This document shows, one piece after another, positions 18,733 through 29,353 of a DNA stretch of 64,000 nucleotides. This DNA is from an uncultured Cryptobacterium sp. (GTDB lineage: Bacteria > Actinomycetota > Coriobacteriia > Coriobacteriales > Eggerthellaceae): positions 2,238 to 66,237 of the forward strand of contig CATYOF010000012.1 in assembly GCA_958410215.1 (NCBI GenBank), read 5' to 3'. The translations under genes were made by a program, and so were the position numbers. The notes below the pieces were generated by a model. It was not told the origin of the DNA. It ran no database searches and saw only the letters and a list, made by a program, of their open reading frames with translations. The first letter of the stretch is position 1. Each line of letters begins with the position of its first letter.

Positions 18733-20267
18733 TGACTTCTCAATCAAACTCAAAAGAATGCTTAACTTCTAAAGATCGCACACAGGAACAATCAGCGCAG
18801 AAGCAAACATCGAAAGAACAAACGTCCCGGGGACAAGAATCACAAGAACAAGTCTCTCAGCACACCGCCGCCTACACCTGCGCAGCTGATGTACAGGCAG
18901 CGGTAGATTCAATGCACGCCTGGTTCGAAACGGGAAAAACACTTCCGCTTCACTACCGCCGAAACATTCTCCAAGCACTGCGTACCTACTTAAAAAAGCA
19001 TGAAAACGAAGTCTTAGACGCCCTTCATGAAGACCTAGGCAAGGCACCCTTTGAAGGGTTTGCGACCGAACTCGGCATCGTATATGACGAAATTCGCCTA
19101 TGCTTAAGCAAGCTGTATGCCTGGGCAAAGCCTAAACGAGTTGCTACCCCTCTTGCTCATTTCCCTTCATCATCAAAGGTGTATCCTTCCCCCTACGGTG
19201 TTGTAGCCGTTCTTTCACCTTGGAACTATCCGCTTCAGTTGGCCTTAGTTCCTGTTATCGACGCACTAACTGCAGGTAATTGCGTGGTATTAAAGCCCTC
19301 GCACACCTCTCCTGCCACCAGCGCTTTTCTGCAGAAGCTTTGCGATGACGTGTTTGACCCCAATTTGGTTCGCTGCTTGCCCAGTGGCGGACATATGAAC
19401 GATTGGATTCTTGAAACCAAATTCGACAAAATATTTTTCACGGGCAGCCCTCGTGTCGGTCGACAGATTATGCATGCTGCTGCTGACAACCTTACCGATG
19501 TTACCCTGGAACTTGGTGGCAAAAGCCCCTGCATTATTGCTGAAGATGCCAACATTAAGCGCGCTGCGCAGCGTATTGCATGGGGCAAATGCATTAACTC
19601 CGGTCAAACCTGTGTGGCCCCCGATTACTTCCTAGTGCACGAAAATGTTGTTGATGCCTTCGTAGCGGAGCTGGATACCTGGCTTCATACGTATTACGGC
19701 AAGAACATTTTAGAATCCAGTGAATACCCTCATATGATTAATGAACATCACTTCGATCGTGTTTGCGGGCTTATCGATAATCACAACGACAACGCTTTCA
19801 TAGCGCTTGGTGGTGGACGCGATTCCGAAACACTCCGCATCGAACCAACCGTAATGCGTGGTGTTACGTTAGATGATCCTGTTATGGGAGAAGAAATATT
19901 TGGACCGGTACTGCCTATTATCACCTGGAAGACTTTCGATGAAGCATTGCAGGTAATCCGCAACTTCCCGGAACCTTTAGCATGCTACGTCTTTTCTACG
20001 AGCAAGGTATTCCAAGAACAGGTAATAACTTCGGTGCCGTTTGGCGGTGCCACTATTAACGACGTGGTTATTCATCTCGCAAACAATCATATGGGCTTTG
20101 GTGGCTTTGGAGAATCGGGCATGGGAGCCTATCACGGCAAAGCAGGCTTTGATTGCTTTACGCACTATAAGTCCACGCTGAAGAAATCAAACCTTATCGA
20201 AATGCCCGTTCGTAACCCTCCCTTTAGCAACATGAAAATGAAAATAGTAAAGCTTTTAATGCGCTAG
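18732..20267 (+). CDS. Aldehyde dehydrogenase (ALDH3/fatty-aldehyde-like) with Q-rich N-terminal extension
   Basis: PWNYP, FTGS, LELGGKSP, GQTCVAPDY, EEIFGP, FGG.G.SGMG.YHG; TAATG overlap with ADH. Confidence 0.92.
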   Translation: MTSQSNSKECLTSKDRTQEQSAQKQTSKEQTSRGQESQEQVSQHTAAYTCAADVQAAVDSMHAWFETGKTLPLHYRRNILQALRTYLKKHENEVLDALHEDLGKAPFEGFATELGIVYDEIRLCLSKLYAWAKPKRVATPLAHFPSSSKVYPSPYGVVAVLSPWNYPLQLALVPVIDALTAGNCVVLKPSHTSPATSAFLQKLCDDVFDPNLVRCLPSGGHMNDWILETKFDKIFFTGSPRVGRQIMHAAADNLTDVTLELGGKSPCIIAEDANIKRAAQRIAWGKCINSGQTCVAPDYFLVHENVVDAFVAELDTWLHTYYGKNILESSEYPHMINEHHFDRVCGLIDNHNDNAFIALGGGRDSETLRIEPTVMRGVTLDDPVMGEEIFGPVLPIITWKTFDEALQVIRNFPEPLACYVFSTSKVFQEQVITSVPFGGATINDVVIHLANNHMGFGGFGESGMGAYHGKAGFDCFTHYKSTLKKSNLIEMPVRNPPFSNMKMKIVKLLMR

Positions 20268-20319
20268 TTGTAAGCACCCTCCAAGGGAATTACATTTAAC
20301 TTACCGCCTAGATTTTTAG

Positions 20320-20352
20320 AAAAACAGCCCAGCACTGCCTGGGCTGTTTTTT
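20320..20352. terminator. Bidirectional intrinsic terminator between ALDH and RNHCP genes
   Basis: AAAAACAGCCCAG-N6-CTGGGCTGTTTTTT. Confidence 0.75.
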
Positions 20353-20362
20353 CGCTCATGCT

Positions 20363-20788
20363 TTATTTAAAGTTCCCTACATATCCCATAGCATCAGACA
20401 TTTCCTGGATGCGTTCTAGCGGAAACGGAGGCTCACACAGAGGCTTCATGGCAATAGACATAAGCTTCATAGGGTTATCGTCTGCGGCACAGCGATTAGA
20501 AACGATCTTTCCGCAACGCCTGCACCGGTGAAGAATTGCCCACTCGCCATTATTGCGTACCCATACCGCTATAGGATCCATGTAGCCACCACACGTGCTT
20601 TCACGATCACCCGGTTCATTATCTACATGCAAACTCGTTAGACAATTTGGACAATGATTACGATGGTCGGTTCCGGCAAATTCAGGTACGACCAACCTGC
20701 CGCATACCTTACATTCAAACACTTCGTTACAGGGATTATGTTTGTAATACCCCTTTTTATACTGCTTTCTCTTATTCTCGCGATTCAT
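20363..20788 (-). CDS. RNHCP domain zinc-binding protein
   Basis: F.CKVCG...HRNHCPNC..SLHVD..PGDR...CGG.M.P..HRCRRCG...N...DD; GAGAGG SD before ATG 20788. Confidence 0.88.
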   Translation of the reverse strand: MNRENKRKQYKKGYYKHNPCNEVFECKVCGRLVVPEFAGTDHRNHCPNCLTSLHVDNEPGDRESTCGGYMDPIAVWVRNNGEWAILHRCRRCGKIVSNRCAADDNPMKLMSIAMKPLCEPPFPLERIQEMSDAMGYVGNFK

Positions 20789-21080
20789 ACGAATACCTCT
20801 CAAAAGATAGAGTGAGCCGTTTTTAATCCCTTATCAAGAATCATTTTCGACATAAGAGGAAAGTAAACCCCTACATAAGGAAAAAGATTATAAAAGGCTC
20901 CCTGGATACTTTCATTCTCTTGGGAGGTGGTTTAGCAGATAAAAGATTGCCCGATCCTACTTTAAAAAATGAAAACGCAGCTTAAATTAAGATCGGCAAA
21001 AAATAACTTTTCTTACAGACCAACCTCCCGGTTAGCCCACAAGAACACATTCACCACTTACCATGGCCTTATTTCTCCTT
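20789..21080 (-). promoter_or_regulatory. Structured 5' leader (attenuator-like) of the RNHCP gene
   Basis: uORF with strong SD, long hairpin 20922-21029, and anti-SD CTCT/CCTCT segments able to pair with the RNHCP SD. Confidence 0.6.
21032..21064 (-). CDS. Putative leader peptide MVSGECVLVG
   Basis: AAGGAG SD at 21075-21080, 10 nt before ATG; TAA stop just before the 5' arm of the long hairpin. Confidence 0.5.
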   Translation of the reverse strand: MVSGECVLVG

Positions 21081-21175
21081 TCTCTATCGTAAAGAGCGGC
21101 GCACGCTTCTTGGAATGAAATTAAAGCATGCTCATACCTATAAATCGCTCTTTAACGCATAATTATATAGGCAAC

Positions 21176-21206
21176 AAAAAAGGTAGCCATCTTACGATAG
21201 CTACCT
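21176..21206 (-). terminator. Intrinsic terminator after tRNA-Leu
   Basis: AGGTAGCTATC-GTAA-GATGGCTACCT followed by a T run. Confidence 0.8.
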
Positions 21207-21217
21207 GGACATTTAGC

Positions 21218-21307
21218 TGGTGTCAGAGGCGGGATTTGAACCCGCACGCCCGTATAGTTAGGCACTAGCACCTCAAGCTAGCGTGTCTGCCGTTCCACCA
21301 CTCTGAC
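21218..21307 (-). tRNA. tRNA-Leu (GAG)
   Basis: GTCAGAG...CTCTGAC-ACCA cloverleaf, anticodon loop TTGAGGT, long variable arm, GGTTCAAATCC. Confidence 0.96.
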
Positions 21308-21403
21308 ATGTTACTTAAGCTATTGGCTTAAGGGCTGCTCTCTTGCAGCGAGGAATATATTACCAGAACGAAACAAAGTTGCAAGAACTTTTTTTTAGCA
21401 ATT

Positions 21404-21655
21404 TTAGCCAATAGTTCCTTGAGGATAAACGATCATCAAAACAATGAGCGAAATCAAGAAAACCGCAGCCAAAATAATAGTAATGCGGTCCAAATTCTTC
21501 TCTACCGTACCGGAACCAGTTTGATTGTTGTAAACCTGAGCAGCAATCATGTCGCTTAAGCCAGTGCCCTTACCGGAATGAAGCAAAACAAAAATTACCA
21601 GGCCAATACCGGAAAGTACCAAAAGAACGGTAAAAATAATCGCAATAATAGACAA
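21404..21655 (-). CDS. secG: Preprotein translocase subunit SecG
   Basis: TM-VLLHSGKGTGLSDM...EKNLDRIT-TM; position between tpiA and tRNA-Leu. Confidence 0.93.
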   Translation of the reverse strand: MSIIAIIFTVLLVLSGIGLVIFVLLHSGKGTGLSDMIAAQVYNNQTGSGTVEKNLDRITIILAAVFLISLIVLMIVYPQGTIG

Positions 21656-21782
21656 CGTATTTCCTTATCTTCGCAAACGTATATTAGTATGCTTACACAA
21701 AATATAAATTATAGAAAGTAAAGCGCCACTTCGCAAGGCGCAAAGATAGTAAATTTCAATTACGTACCCATTCTACACAAGT

Positions 21783-22088
21783 CTAAACAGGAATATCACC
21801 AGTAATTTCAAAGGTATACTGGTTTACCCCACGCTTAAAGGTAATCAGCCCGCTGTATTCGAAAATATCGTAGGAAAAACTGGTCTTTAAATACCGCTGT
21901 GTAACGAGGCCCTTCTTTTTATTAAGAAGAAAAGGGAAATAAAACAGCGCACCATATTTTCCCGGATAGCTCTGCTCAGATTCCCATACTTCCAACACGC
22001 CAAGCGTTCCCACTAAATGTTGATATTTGGATCCATGAGGAACTTCCTGCAGCACTGCGAATTTGCCACTTTTGCAAAGCCTTGCCAT
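21783..22088 (-). CDS. Hypothetical ~101-aa protein
   Basis: ORF fills the gap between tpiA and secG; GAAAGGG SD-like motif before ATG 22088; no recognisable motif. Confidence 0.55.
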   Translation of the reverse strand: MARLCKSGKFAVLQEVPHGSKYQHLVGTLGVLEVWESEQSYPGKYGALFYFPFLLNKKKGLVTQRYLKTSFSYDIFEYSGLITFKRGVNQYTFEITGDIPV

Positions 22089-22385
22089 GTAAAAGTACCC
22101 GCCCTTTCTAAAACGCAGCACTGTACGTAAATGTTCTCAATCACTTGCGCGCTTATGATGTACGTCGATTATCCCCTACCATAACATGCTTTTATGCTTT
22201 AAGAGATCTGATTAAACAAAAGCTTGAGGATTGCTTCCCAGTTCAAAATCACCCTTACCCACAAAGCGGAAAGGTTTGTTGCATAATTTCAACTTCTCAA
22301 GAAGCTTTAAGTCTATAGCCAACAAAGAAAAACAAAGCAAAGCGTAAACAGTGAAATGGAGAAGTGGGGTTAAAAAAACCAGACT

Positions 22386-22414
22386 AATAAAGGGAAGCGA
22401 AGCTTCCCTTTATT
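22386..22414 (-). terminator. Hairpin terminator after tpiA
   Basis: Perfect 13-bp stem AATAAAGGGAAGC-GAA-GCTTCCCTTTATT. Confidence 0.7.
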
Positions 22415-22491
22415 GAAACAAAATTACTTTTCTGTTTTTATTTCAGCACCTTACATAAAGATATCTTTTCGTAAGCAAAGCTCATAACCCT

Positions 22492-23268
22492 TTAGCAGGA
22501 TGCCGCATGTGCCGCTTCAATAAGCTGACGGAACGAATCTGACTGCAGCGAGGCACCACCAATCAGGCCTCCATCAATATCAGGCTGCGCCAACAAAGAT
22601 TCTACATTCCCTACATTCATAGAGCCGCCATATAAAACACGACAAGCGTCAGTCACGCCCTGTCCAAACATATCGGCGATTGTGGCACGAATTGCAGCGC
22701 AAACCTCTTCAGCTTGTTCAGGAGTTGCCGTGCGACCTGTTCCAATAGCCCAAATAGGCTCATAGGCTATTACCACATCTTTCATATCCGTTTCATCAAG
22801 CCCTGCAAGTGCCGCACGAACCTGAGCCACAACAAAACCAAGATAGTCACCCGAATCGCGCATTGCAAGCGATTCACCCACGCAGACAATAGGAGCGATA
22901 CCAGCCTCTATCAAAGCCTTAACTTTCATATTGACCGATGTATCGGTTTCATTAAACATTTCACGACGCTCAGAGTGACCCACAATACAAAATTCGCAGC
23001 CCGCTTCTTTGATCATGGGAATAGAAATTTCGCCTGTAAAGGCTCCAGATTCTTCCCAATGAACGTTTTGCGCACCTACTGCAATGTTGGTTTTATCGAA
23101 ATCAATAACGGTATAGACCGACTTAATATCGATCGCAGGAGGACACACCACAATATCTACGTTGTCCCAATTGCGATTGTATTGATTGCAAAGTTGTTGA
23201 GTTAAAACAATAGCTTCCGATATTGTTTTGTTCATTTTCCAGTTGCCAGCCATTAAGTACTTGCGCAT
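22492..23268 (-). CDS. tpiA: Triosephosphate isomerase
   Basis: AGNWKMN, GHSERR, AYEPIWAIGTG, LYGGS. Confidence 0.98.
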   Translation of the reverse strand: MRKYLMAGNWKMNKTISEAIVLTQQLCNQYNRNWDNVDIVVCPPAIDIKSVYTVIDFDKTNIAVGAQNVHWEESGAFTGEISIPMIKEAGCEFCIVGHSERREMFNETDTSVNMKVKALIEAGIAPIVCVGESLAMRDSGDYLGFVVAQVRAALAGLDETDMKDVVIAYEPIWAIGTGRTATPEQAEEVCAAIRATIADMFGQGVTDACRVLYGGSMNVGNVESLLAQPDIDGGLIGGASLQSDSFRQLIEAAHAASC

Positions 23269-23436
23269 TTGAACCCCCTACCAAAACGCACAACCTTTTG
23301 ATTTATAGTTTCGATACTTTACGCATACGCAGAAGAACCAAACATCCTGAGCACATGGTTTTCCGAAACGTGTTGGAAAACCTACCAAAAGCTTACCGAT
23401 AAAACAGCCTGGCACCTCTACGCTTCGTGCATGTCG

Positions 23437-24621
23437 TTATTTAAGTGCTTCAACACCAGGAAGAGCTTCGCCCTGAACCAATTCCATAGAAGCACCGCCA
23501 CCGGTAGAGATAAAGGTCATCTGATCGGCCAAATCAAATTTATTAACCGCTGCAACGCTATCTCCGCCACCAATAATAGTGTCAGCATCTTTGTTTGCTG
23601 CTACTGCAAGAGCAACACCCTTCGTGCCTGCCTCAAAGGACGACATTTCAAACACACCCATAGGGCCATTCCAAAATACTGTTTTGGCACTGGTAATTGC
23701 CTCCGCATAGGCCTTGGTAGTTTCTGGACCAATATCCAACCCCATCATGTCATCAGGGATGGCATCTACCCCACAGGTAACCGTGTTTGCATCATTGGCA
23801 AAAGCGTCAGCACAAACTACATCGGTGGGAAGAAGAATAGAAACACCCTTGTTCTTTGCTTTTTCCAACATAGCAGAAGCACGTTCTACCCAATCCTGCT
23901 CCATCAAAGACGTACCAACGGTATACCCTTGCGCAGCCAAAAACGTAAAGCACATGCCACCACCAATAATAAGGGTGTCGCACTTATCAATTAAAGCATC
24001 AATAACTGCTACCTTATCAGACACCTTAGAGCCACCAAGTATGGCAACAAAAGGATGATTAGGATTATCCAGCATAGACGTAAGCGTGCTTACTTCCTTT
24101 TCCATAAGCATACCCGCATAAGCTGGCAAATACGACGCTACACCAGCCGTGGAAGCATGTGCACGATGGGCAGCACCAAAAGCATCGTTTACGTAGACCT
24201 CAGCCAAAGAAGCTAATTCTTTGGCAAATTCTGGATCATTTTTCTTTTCACGTTTATCAAAACGAAGATTTTCTAACAGGGCCACATCGCCATTTTTCAA
24301 AGAAGCAACTACTTCTTTTGCGGAATCACCGATAGTATCTGTCGCAAAAGCTACCGGCTTGCCCAAAACTTTCGACAAGTAGCGCGCCACAGGAGCAAGA
24401 GAATATTCTGCTTGATATCCCGTACCATCAGGACGTCCTAAATGACTGCAAAGAATAACTTTTGCTCCGTGTTCAATTAAATAGGTAATAGTAGGCAGCG
24501 CTGCCTGAATACGGGTGTCGTCACTTACTTCCCCATTGGAAAGCGGAACATTGAAATCTACACGACATAAAACACGCTTCCCCGATACATCAGCATCAGC
24601 AAGGGTTTTAACTTTGCCCAT
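23437..24621 (-). CDS. pgk: Phosphoglycerate kinase
   Basis: [41 protein letters not shown]. Confidence 0.98.
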   Translation of the reverse strand: MGKVKTLADADVSGKRVLCRVDFNVPLSNGEVSDDTRIQAALPTITYLIEHGAKVILCSHLGRPDGTGYQAEYSLAPVARYLSKVLGKPVAFATDTIGDSAKEVVASLKNGDVALLENLRFDKREKKNDPEFAKELASLAEVYVNDAFGAAHRAHASTAGVASYLPAYAGMLMEKEVSTLTSMLDNPNHPFVAILGGSKVSDKVAVIDALIDKCDTLIIGGGMCFTFLAAQGYTVGTSLMEQDWVERASAMLEKAKNKGVSILLPTDVVCADAFANDANTVTCGVDAIPDDMMGLDIGPETTKAYAEAITSAKTVFWNGPMGVFEMSSFEAGTKGVALAVAANKDADTIIGGGDSVAAVNKFDLADQMTFISTGGGASMELVQGEALPGVEALK

Positions 24622-24722
24622 TTCTCGTACCTTTCTCTTGTGCCAGCAGCAAGCGCTGAATGGATTATTTCCTTAAATTTATTCAATCACTTCTAGCGCT
24701 TGGCTCAATTCCTCAAACACAA

Positions 24723-24751
24723 AAGAGAGCCTCAAGGTTTGAGGCTCTCTT
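24723..24751 (-). terminator. Hairpin between gap and pgk
   Basis: Perfect 13-bp stem AAGAGAGCCTCAA-N3-TTGAGGCTCTCTT with T run. Confidence 0.7.
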
Positions 24752-24790
24752 ATTTATTCGTTACTTCGAAGGGAATTCCTCGCAAAACAC

Positions 24791-25804
<1,014 letters not shown>

Positions 25805-26152
25805 TCAGATGTGTTATAGATAAGTGCGCCATGTAAACGCACAAACGAAACATGACATAGTTATTCTAACATGCAAACGAATAAGGCAACGAATATCGAC
25901 CAACTTTGTATGCAAGCGATGATCAAAATGAAACAAACTATACGATAAATTGATTAATTAACAACTTTGCTGGCACTTTTCAGATTTTACTTGTGAGCTT
26001 TTAAGCTCGCTCATTGCCTTTGCTTGTTGCTTTTGAGTTCACTTATTACGTTTACTTACCGCTTTTTAATTGGCGAATTCTGAATTGGTGGGCTGAATTG
26101 GTGGGCTTTGTTTAGCCTACGTGATAGTTTACTTTCCAACTTTTGAGCTTGT

Positions 26153-27100
26153 TTACGAACTCTTTTTGGGCTTACCAGAAACTTCTCGTGCCATTTGCTC
26201 AATCCGTCGAACACGATGATAAATTGCCGATTTTGAAAGCGGCGGATTTGCCCGTTCACCCAATTCTTTAAGAGTAGCTTCTGGATAACGAACACGAAGT
26301 TGAATATATTCCTGTAGGCCACGCGGCAATGATTTGATGTCGCGATGATCCAACAAGGTACGAATAGCAGCAACCTGTTCAACCGATGCTTCAGCTGTTT
26401 TTGCTTGGTTGGCGATTTCAGCATTAACTCGGCGATTCACGTCGTTACGCACACTTTTAATAACGCGCTCGTTTTCCATCTTTAAAGCACTTTGATGTGC
26501 TCCCACAAACGCCAAAAACGATGAAATAGCCGCACCACTTTTGAGATACACCGTATAGGTGTTGCGCCTTTCAACAATTTTGGCATGGATATCCTTAGTT
26601 GAAAGCAATTCCACAATGTCGTTTGCCATGGTTTGCGATTCCACGGTAAGTTCAAAATGAAAGTCGCCGCGTGGGTTAGAAATAAACCCACTGCCAAGAA
26701 ACACCCCGCGCAAATAGGCTGAAGCACAGCAAGATTTTTGCACCAACTTGGGGTCAATTCCTCTTTTAAGGCCTTCTTCTCCAATAACGCCCAAATCATA
26801 GAGCGCTTCAGTTAAGCGAGGCTGTGTAGGAACTTCAATAAGCCAGTTAGGCGTTTTATGCAAAACGCTACGACGCATGGTTAGATCGGTTTTAAGGGCG
26901 TAACGCGCGTGAAGCGTACGAATAATAAAGCGCGCTACCTGGGGCACATCGGTAGAAATTTCAAGACGAAACTTACCGGGTCCGTTAAAGAAAATAGACC
27001 CTTCAATGCGAATAAGCGCAGCAAGCGTTGCCGCATCACAATGAGAACAGGTAGGTTCTACGCGAGATAATTCTTCTTTTACCTCTGTGGTGAACGACAA
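26153..27100 (-). CDS. whiA: DNA-binding protein WhiA
   Basis: SFT..VKEEL, YLRGVFL..G, RN.VNR.VN.E.AN, C-terminal HTH LKELG...SKS; follows rapZ-yvcK. Confidence 0.93.
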   Translation of the reverse strand: MSFTTEVKEELSRVEPTCSHCDAATLAALIRIEGSIFFNGPGKFRLEISTDVPQVARFIIRTLHARYALKTDLTMRRSVLHKTPNWLIEVPTQPRLTEALYDLGVIGEEGLKRGIDPKLVQKSCCASAYLRGVFLGSGFISNPRGDFHFELTVESQTMANDIVELLSTKDIHAKIVERRNTYTVYLKSGAAISSFLAFVGAHQSALKMENERVIKSVRNDVNRRVNAEIANQAKTAEASVEQVAAIRTLLDHRDIKSLPRGLQEYIQLRVRYPEATLKELGERANPPLSKSAIYHRVRRIEQMAREVSGKPKKSS

Positions 27101-28254
27101 AGCTTAAACACCCCCATGAATGCATCAGCCAAAGCAGTAGGATCATGCCAGGTAGGACGAAGAGGATCCTTCATGTTACGCAAAAGCACCACGGGTCCTT
27201 GCGCCTGAATAGCTTCTATATCTTCTTGAGTTATTTTGACCGATCTAATTTTTGCACGTGCTGGCAAGTTTTTACCATCACGCATTTCGGACATAGCACG
27301 CTCCTGTGAAGCAGATCCTGCTACCGCTTCAAACGCACCCGTGCTAAAGCGCGACTTCTTTGGCTTTCCTGCACTGTGAATTAATACGTAGTCAAGCTTT
27401 CCTCGCATACCGTGTCGCAGAAGTGCTTCCACGTGCTCTCGTGCCGAAAGCCCCCACGTTTCACCCTGCTGATCCGCCAAGCTACACACAAACACGGTGC
27501 GCGCTTTCGATTGCGCGATGGCATCCACAATACCAGGAACCAACAGGTTCGGAATAATGGAAGTAAAAAGCGAGCCAGGGCCTAAAACAATAATATCAGC
27601 CTGACGAATGGCCCGAATAGCTTCCATGTACGGCAAACATTCTTCAGGCGATTCTAGCCATACCTGCTCTAAAGCAGTAGATGAATGTGATGCAAGCGCC
27701 TGCCCATGCAAGACGCGTCCATCAAGGGTACGTGCACACAACGTAACATTGTTGAGCGTAGAAGGATACACGTGCCCCCGCGCGCCAAGCAGCTGCCCAC
27801 ATATTTTAATGGCTTCTGGAAACGACCCCGTCGCATTTTCCAGTGCAGAAAGCATCAAATTTCCCAAGGTATGGTTGCGCGCAAAATCAAAACGATACTT
27901 AAAAGCCTTAGTAAGTGGATCATCAGGATTTGCCGCAAAGGCAGCTAAACATTTTCTAATATCCCCGGGAGGTGTAACGTGCGCCTCTTCACGCAAAATA
28001 CCAGTTGATCCCCCATCGTCTGCCATTGCTACCACCGCTGACGTTTGAACGCCCAACGCTAAAAGTGTACGAATGGAAACAGGCGCACCCGTACCACCGC
28101 CAATAACTACTGCTTTTAGTTTTGTGGGATCTACCGAATCCCTACGATGAACCAAATGGTCTTTTAAAGAACCAATTGCCTTAAAAGCCTGAGTTGAAGA
28201 AGGATCTAAACTAAAGCCATTTTCAGAATGGCCACCTAAGGAAAGAGGGCTCAT
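27079..28254 (-). CDS. yvcK: YvcK/GlmR family (CofD-like) gluconeogenesis factor
   Basis: IGGGTG, ADDGGSTG, PPGDIR, GPGSLFTSIIPNLL. Confidence 0.92.
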   Translation of the reverse strand: MSPLSLGGHSENGFSLDPSSTQAFKAIGSLKDHLVHRRDSVDPTKLKAVVIGGGTGAPVSIRTLLALGVQTSAVVAMADDGGSTGILREEAHVTPPGDIRKCLAAFAANPDDPLTKAFKYRFDFARNHTLGNLMLSALENATGSFPEAIKICGQLLGARGHVYPSTLNNVTLCARTLDGRVLHGQALASHSSTALEQVWLESPEECLPYMEAIRAIRQADIIVLGPGSLFTSIIPNLLVPGIVDAIAQSKARTVFVCSLADQQGETWGLSAREHVEALLRHGMRGKLDYVLIHSAGKPKKSRFSTGAFEAVAGSASQERAMSEMRDGKNLPARAKIRSVKITQEDIEAIQAQGPVVLLRNMKDPLRPTWHDPTALADAFMGVFKLCRSPQR

Positions 28255-29207
28255 TTGGTTGCCCCCTTACTGGTATCTGCAAGGGCAATATCACGATGAT
28301 AGGCGCGTACGTTGTATCCCGAGTCGCGCAAAAGTGCTGCGGTTTTTTCTGCCAGCACTACACTTCTGTGCTGACCACCGGTACAACCCACCCCAATAGC
28401 GAGATGCTGCTTGCCTTCTGCAACATAGCCAGGCATAACACAGTTCAGCAGGTTTTCCCACGCCTCTAAAAACTTGGTAGTTTCTTCTCGACCAAGCACG
28501 TAATCGCTTACGGGCTTATCCAAACCCGTAAGTCCACGAAGTTCAGGAATATAGAACGGATTAGGCAAAAAACGCACATCAATAACAATATCGGCATCAA
28601 GAGGGGCTCCATGCTTAAAGCCAAAGGAATATACCACCACATTCATACCGTCTTTATCGGTTTCTTTCGAATAGATAGAGCGTAATACTTCACGCAGCTC
28701 ACGCGGTTTCATATCACTCGTATCAATATAGGAATGGGCAACGTCGCGCAATTCTTGCGTGAGCTTACGCTCGTACGCAATAGCCTGCGCTATGGAACGA
28801 GAATTGTTTACGCACAAAGGATGACGACGACGCGAAGCTTTATAGCGAGCAATAAGCACTTCATCGCGCGCATCCAAAAAGATAATGCGAAACGTAATGC
28901 CCGCCGCTTCAACATTAGCCAATTCTCCCACCAGTTGTTTAAAGTATTCGCGGTTTCGCGCATCGCACACAATAGCAAGCTTGCGACCAATTTCACTATG
29001 ACCGGGCAAACTGGCCAAGCTAATCATGTTCATAATGAGGGAAGGTGGCAAATTATCAATACAGAAGTAGCCCAAATCTTCAAAAGTGTGCATTGCTTCG
29101 GTGCGACCTGCACCGCTCATGCCGGTAATAATAACTACATCAGGACCTTGATTAGTGGGCACTTCCTGATTGTTGTCAACCGATTCAATCTGTTGCGTAT
29201 CTACCAT
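28251..29207 (-). CDS. rapZ: RNase adapter RapZ (YvcJ)
   Basis: TGMSGAG, DNLP, RRRHPL, SFGFKHG, DVRFLPNPF, GCTGGQHRSV. Confidence 0.95.
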   Translation of the reverse strand: MVDTQQIESVDNNQEVPTNQGPDVVIITGMSGAGRTEAMHTFEDLGYFCIDNLPPSLIMNMISLASLPGHSEIGRKLAIVCDARNREYFKQLVGELANVEAAGITFRIIFLDARDEVLIARYKASRRRHPLCVNNSRSIAQAIAYERKLTQELRDVAHSYIDTSDMKPRELREVLRSIYSKETDKDGMNVVVYSFGFKHGAPLDADIVIDVRFLPNPFYIPELRGLTGLDKPVSDYVLGREETTKFLEAWENLLNCVMPGYVAEGKQHLAIGVGCTGGQHRSVVLAEKTAALLRDSGYNVRAYHRDIALADTSKGATK

Positions 29208-29353
29208 TGGTACTCCCTTAGATCCTGATTAGTTATTTTCGCAGTGCCGAAAGCGCTGTCGCAATCACCGTAACGTCTAGACATACTTACAACAACAACA
29301 CTGCTGTAATACCACGAACTACTGGTTTTTATTATCGCGCAAGCCAAGCACAC

